From contig NW_027266280.1 of NCBI RefSeq assembly GCF_022045235.1, positions 5,890,001 through 5,954,000 of the forward strand: a stretch of DNA of 64,000 nucleotides, given 5' to 3'. Positions within the stretch are counted from its first letter, which is position 1. Each line of letters opens with the position of its first letter. A program made the position numbers and the translations under genes. Of this stretch, positions 63,812 through 64,000 are shown piece after piece. Under the pieces are notes generated by a model, which did no database searches, was not told the DNA's origin, and saw only the letters and a list, made by a program, of their open reading frames with translations. This DNA comes from Haliotis cracherodii (taxonomy: Eukaryota).

Positions 63812-64000
63812 GTAGGTTATCATACAATGTCATCAATCATAATGTAACATCGTGGGTAAATAATAAGGCAATTATTTCGCATGAAAACACATTTGTCGAC
63901 TCTGAAGTAAAGCTTGTAAACAAATATCAGAAAACTGAGGGTTTAACCCAAAGTTTACACTTGGATGAAGTTTGGAAATCTGCTATAAACTTGTAAACAG

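Overview
Eukaryotic, AT-rich, repeat-dense genomic DNA. It is most likely molluscan: the SINE families and gene types resemble abalone/gastropod sequence, which is an inference. (1) Positions 1-2852 are the GC-rich right end of a probable Maverick/Polinton (adintovirus-like endogenous DNA virus). This end terminates in ACTACT and carries an intronless single-BIR IAP gene, a four-CCHC zinc-knuckle gene and a subterminal array of repeats and promoter motifs. (2) A large multi-exon minus-strand gene (A) runs from 41284 to at least 3763. It encodes a signal peptide, three tandemly triplicated phase-1 cassette exons of a nearly proline-free (TGTSTGSN)n octapeptide (about 9, 45 and 172 units), VWDE-type exons and the start of a VWD domain. 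The Maverick lies just past its last visible splice donor. (3) There is an inverted pair of UMOD/GP2/OIT3 D8C-domain genes: an apparently intact minus-strand gene (B, 60182-56646) and a frameshifted plus-strand pseudogene (C, 45404-47649) with a transmembrane exon. (4) The rest is four SINE-like families, several Tc1 relics, MITEs, a Gmr1-order Gypsy relic, Penelope-like and Academ-like fragments, minisatellites and a 130-N gap. All exon models were built by hand from splice sites and reading phase; no database search was run.
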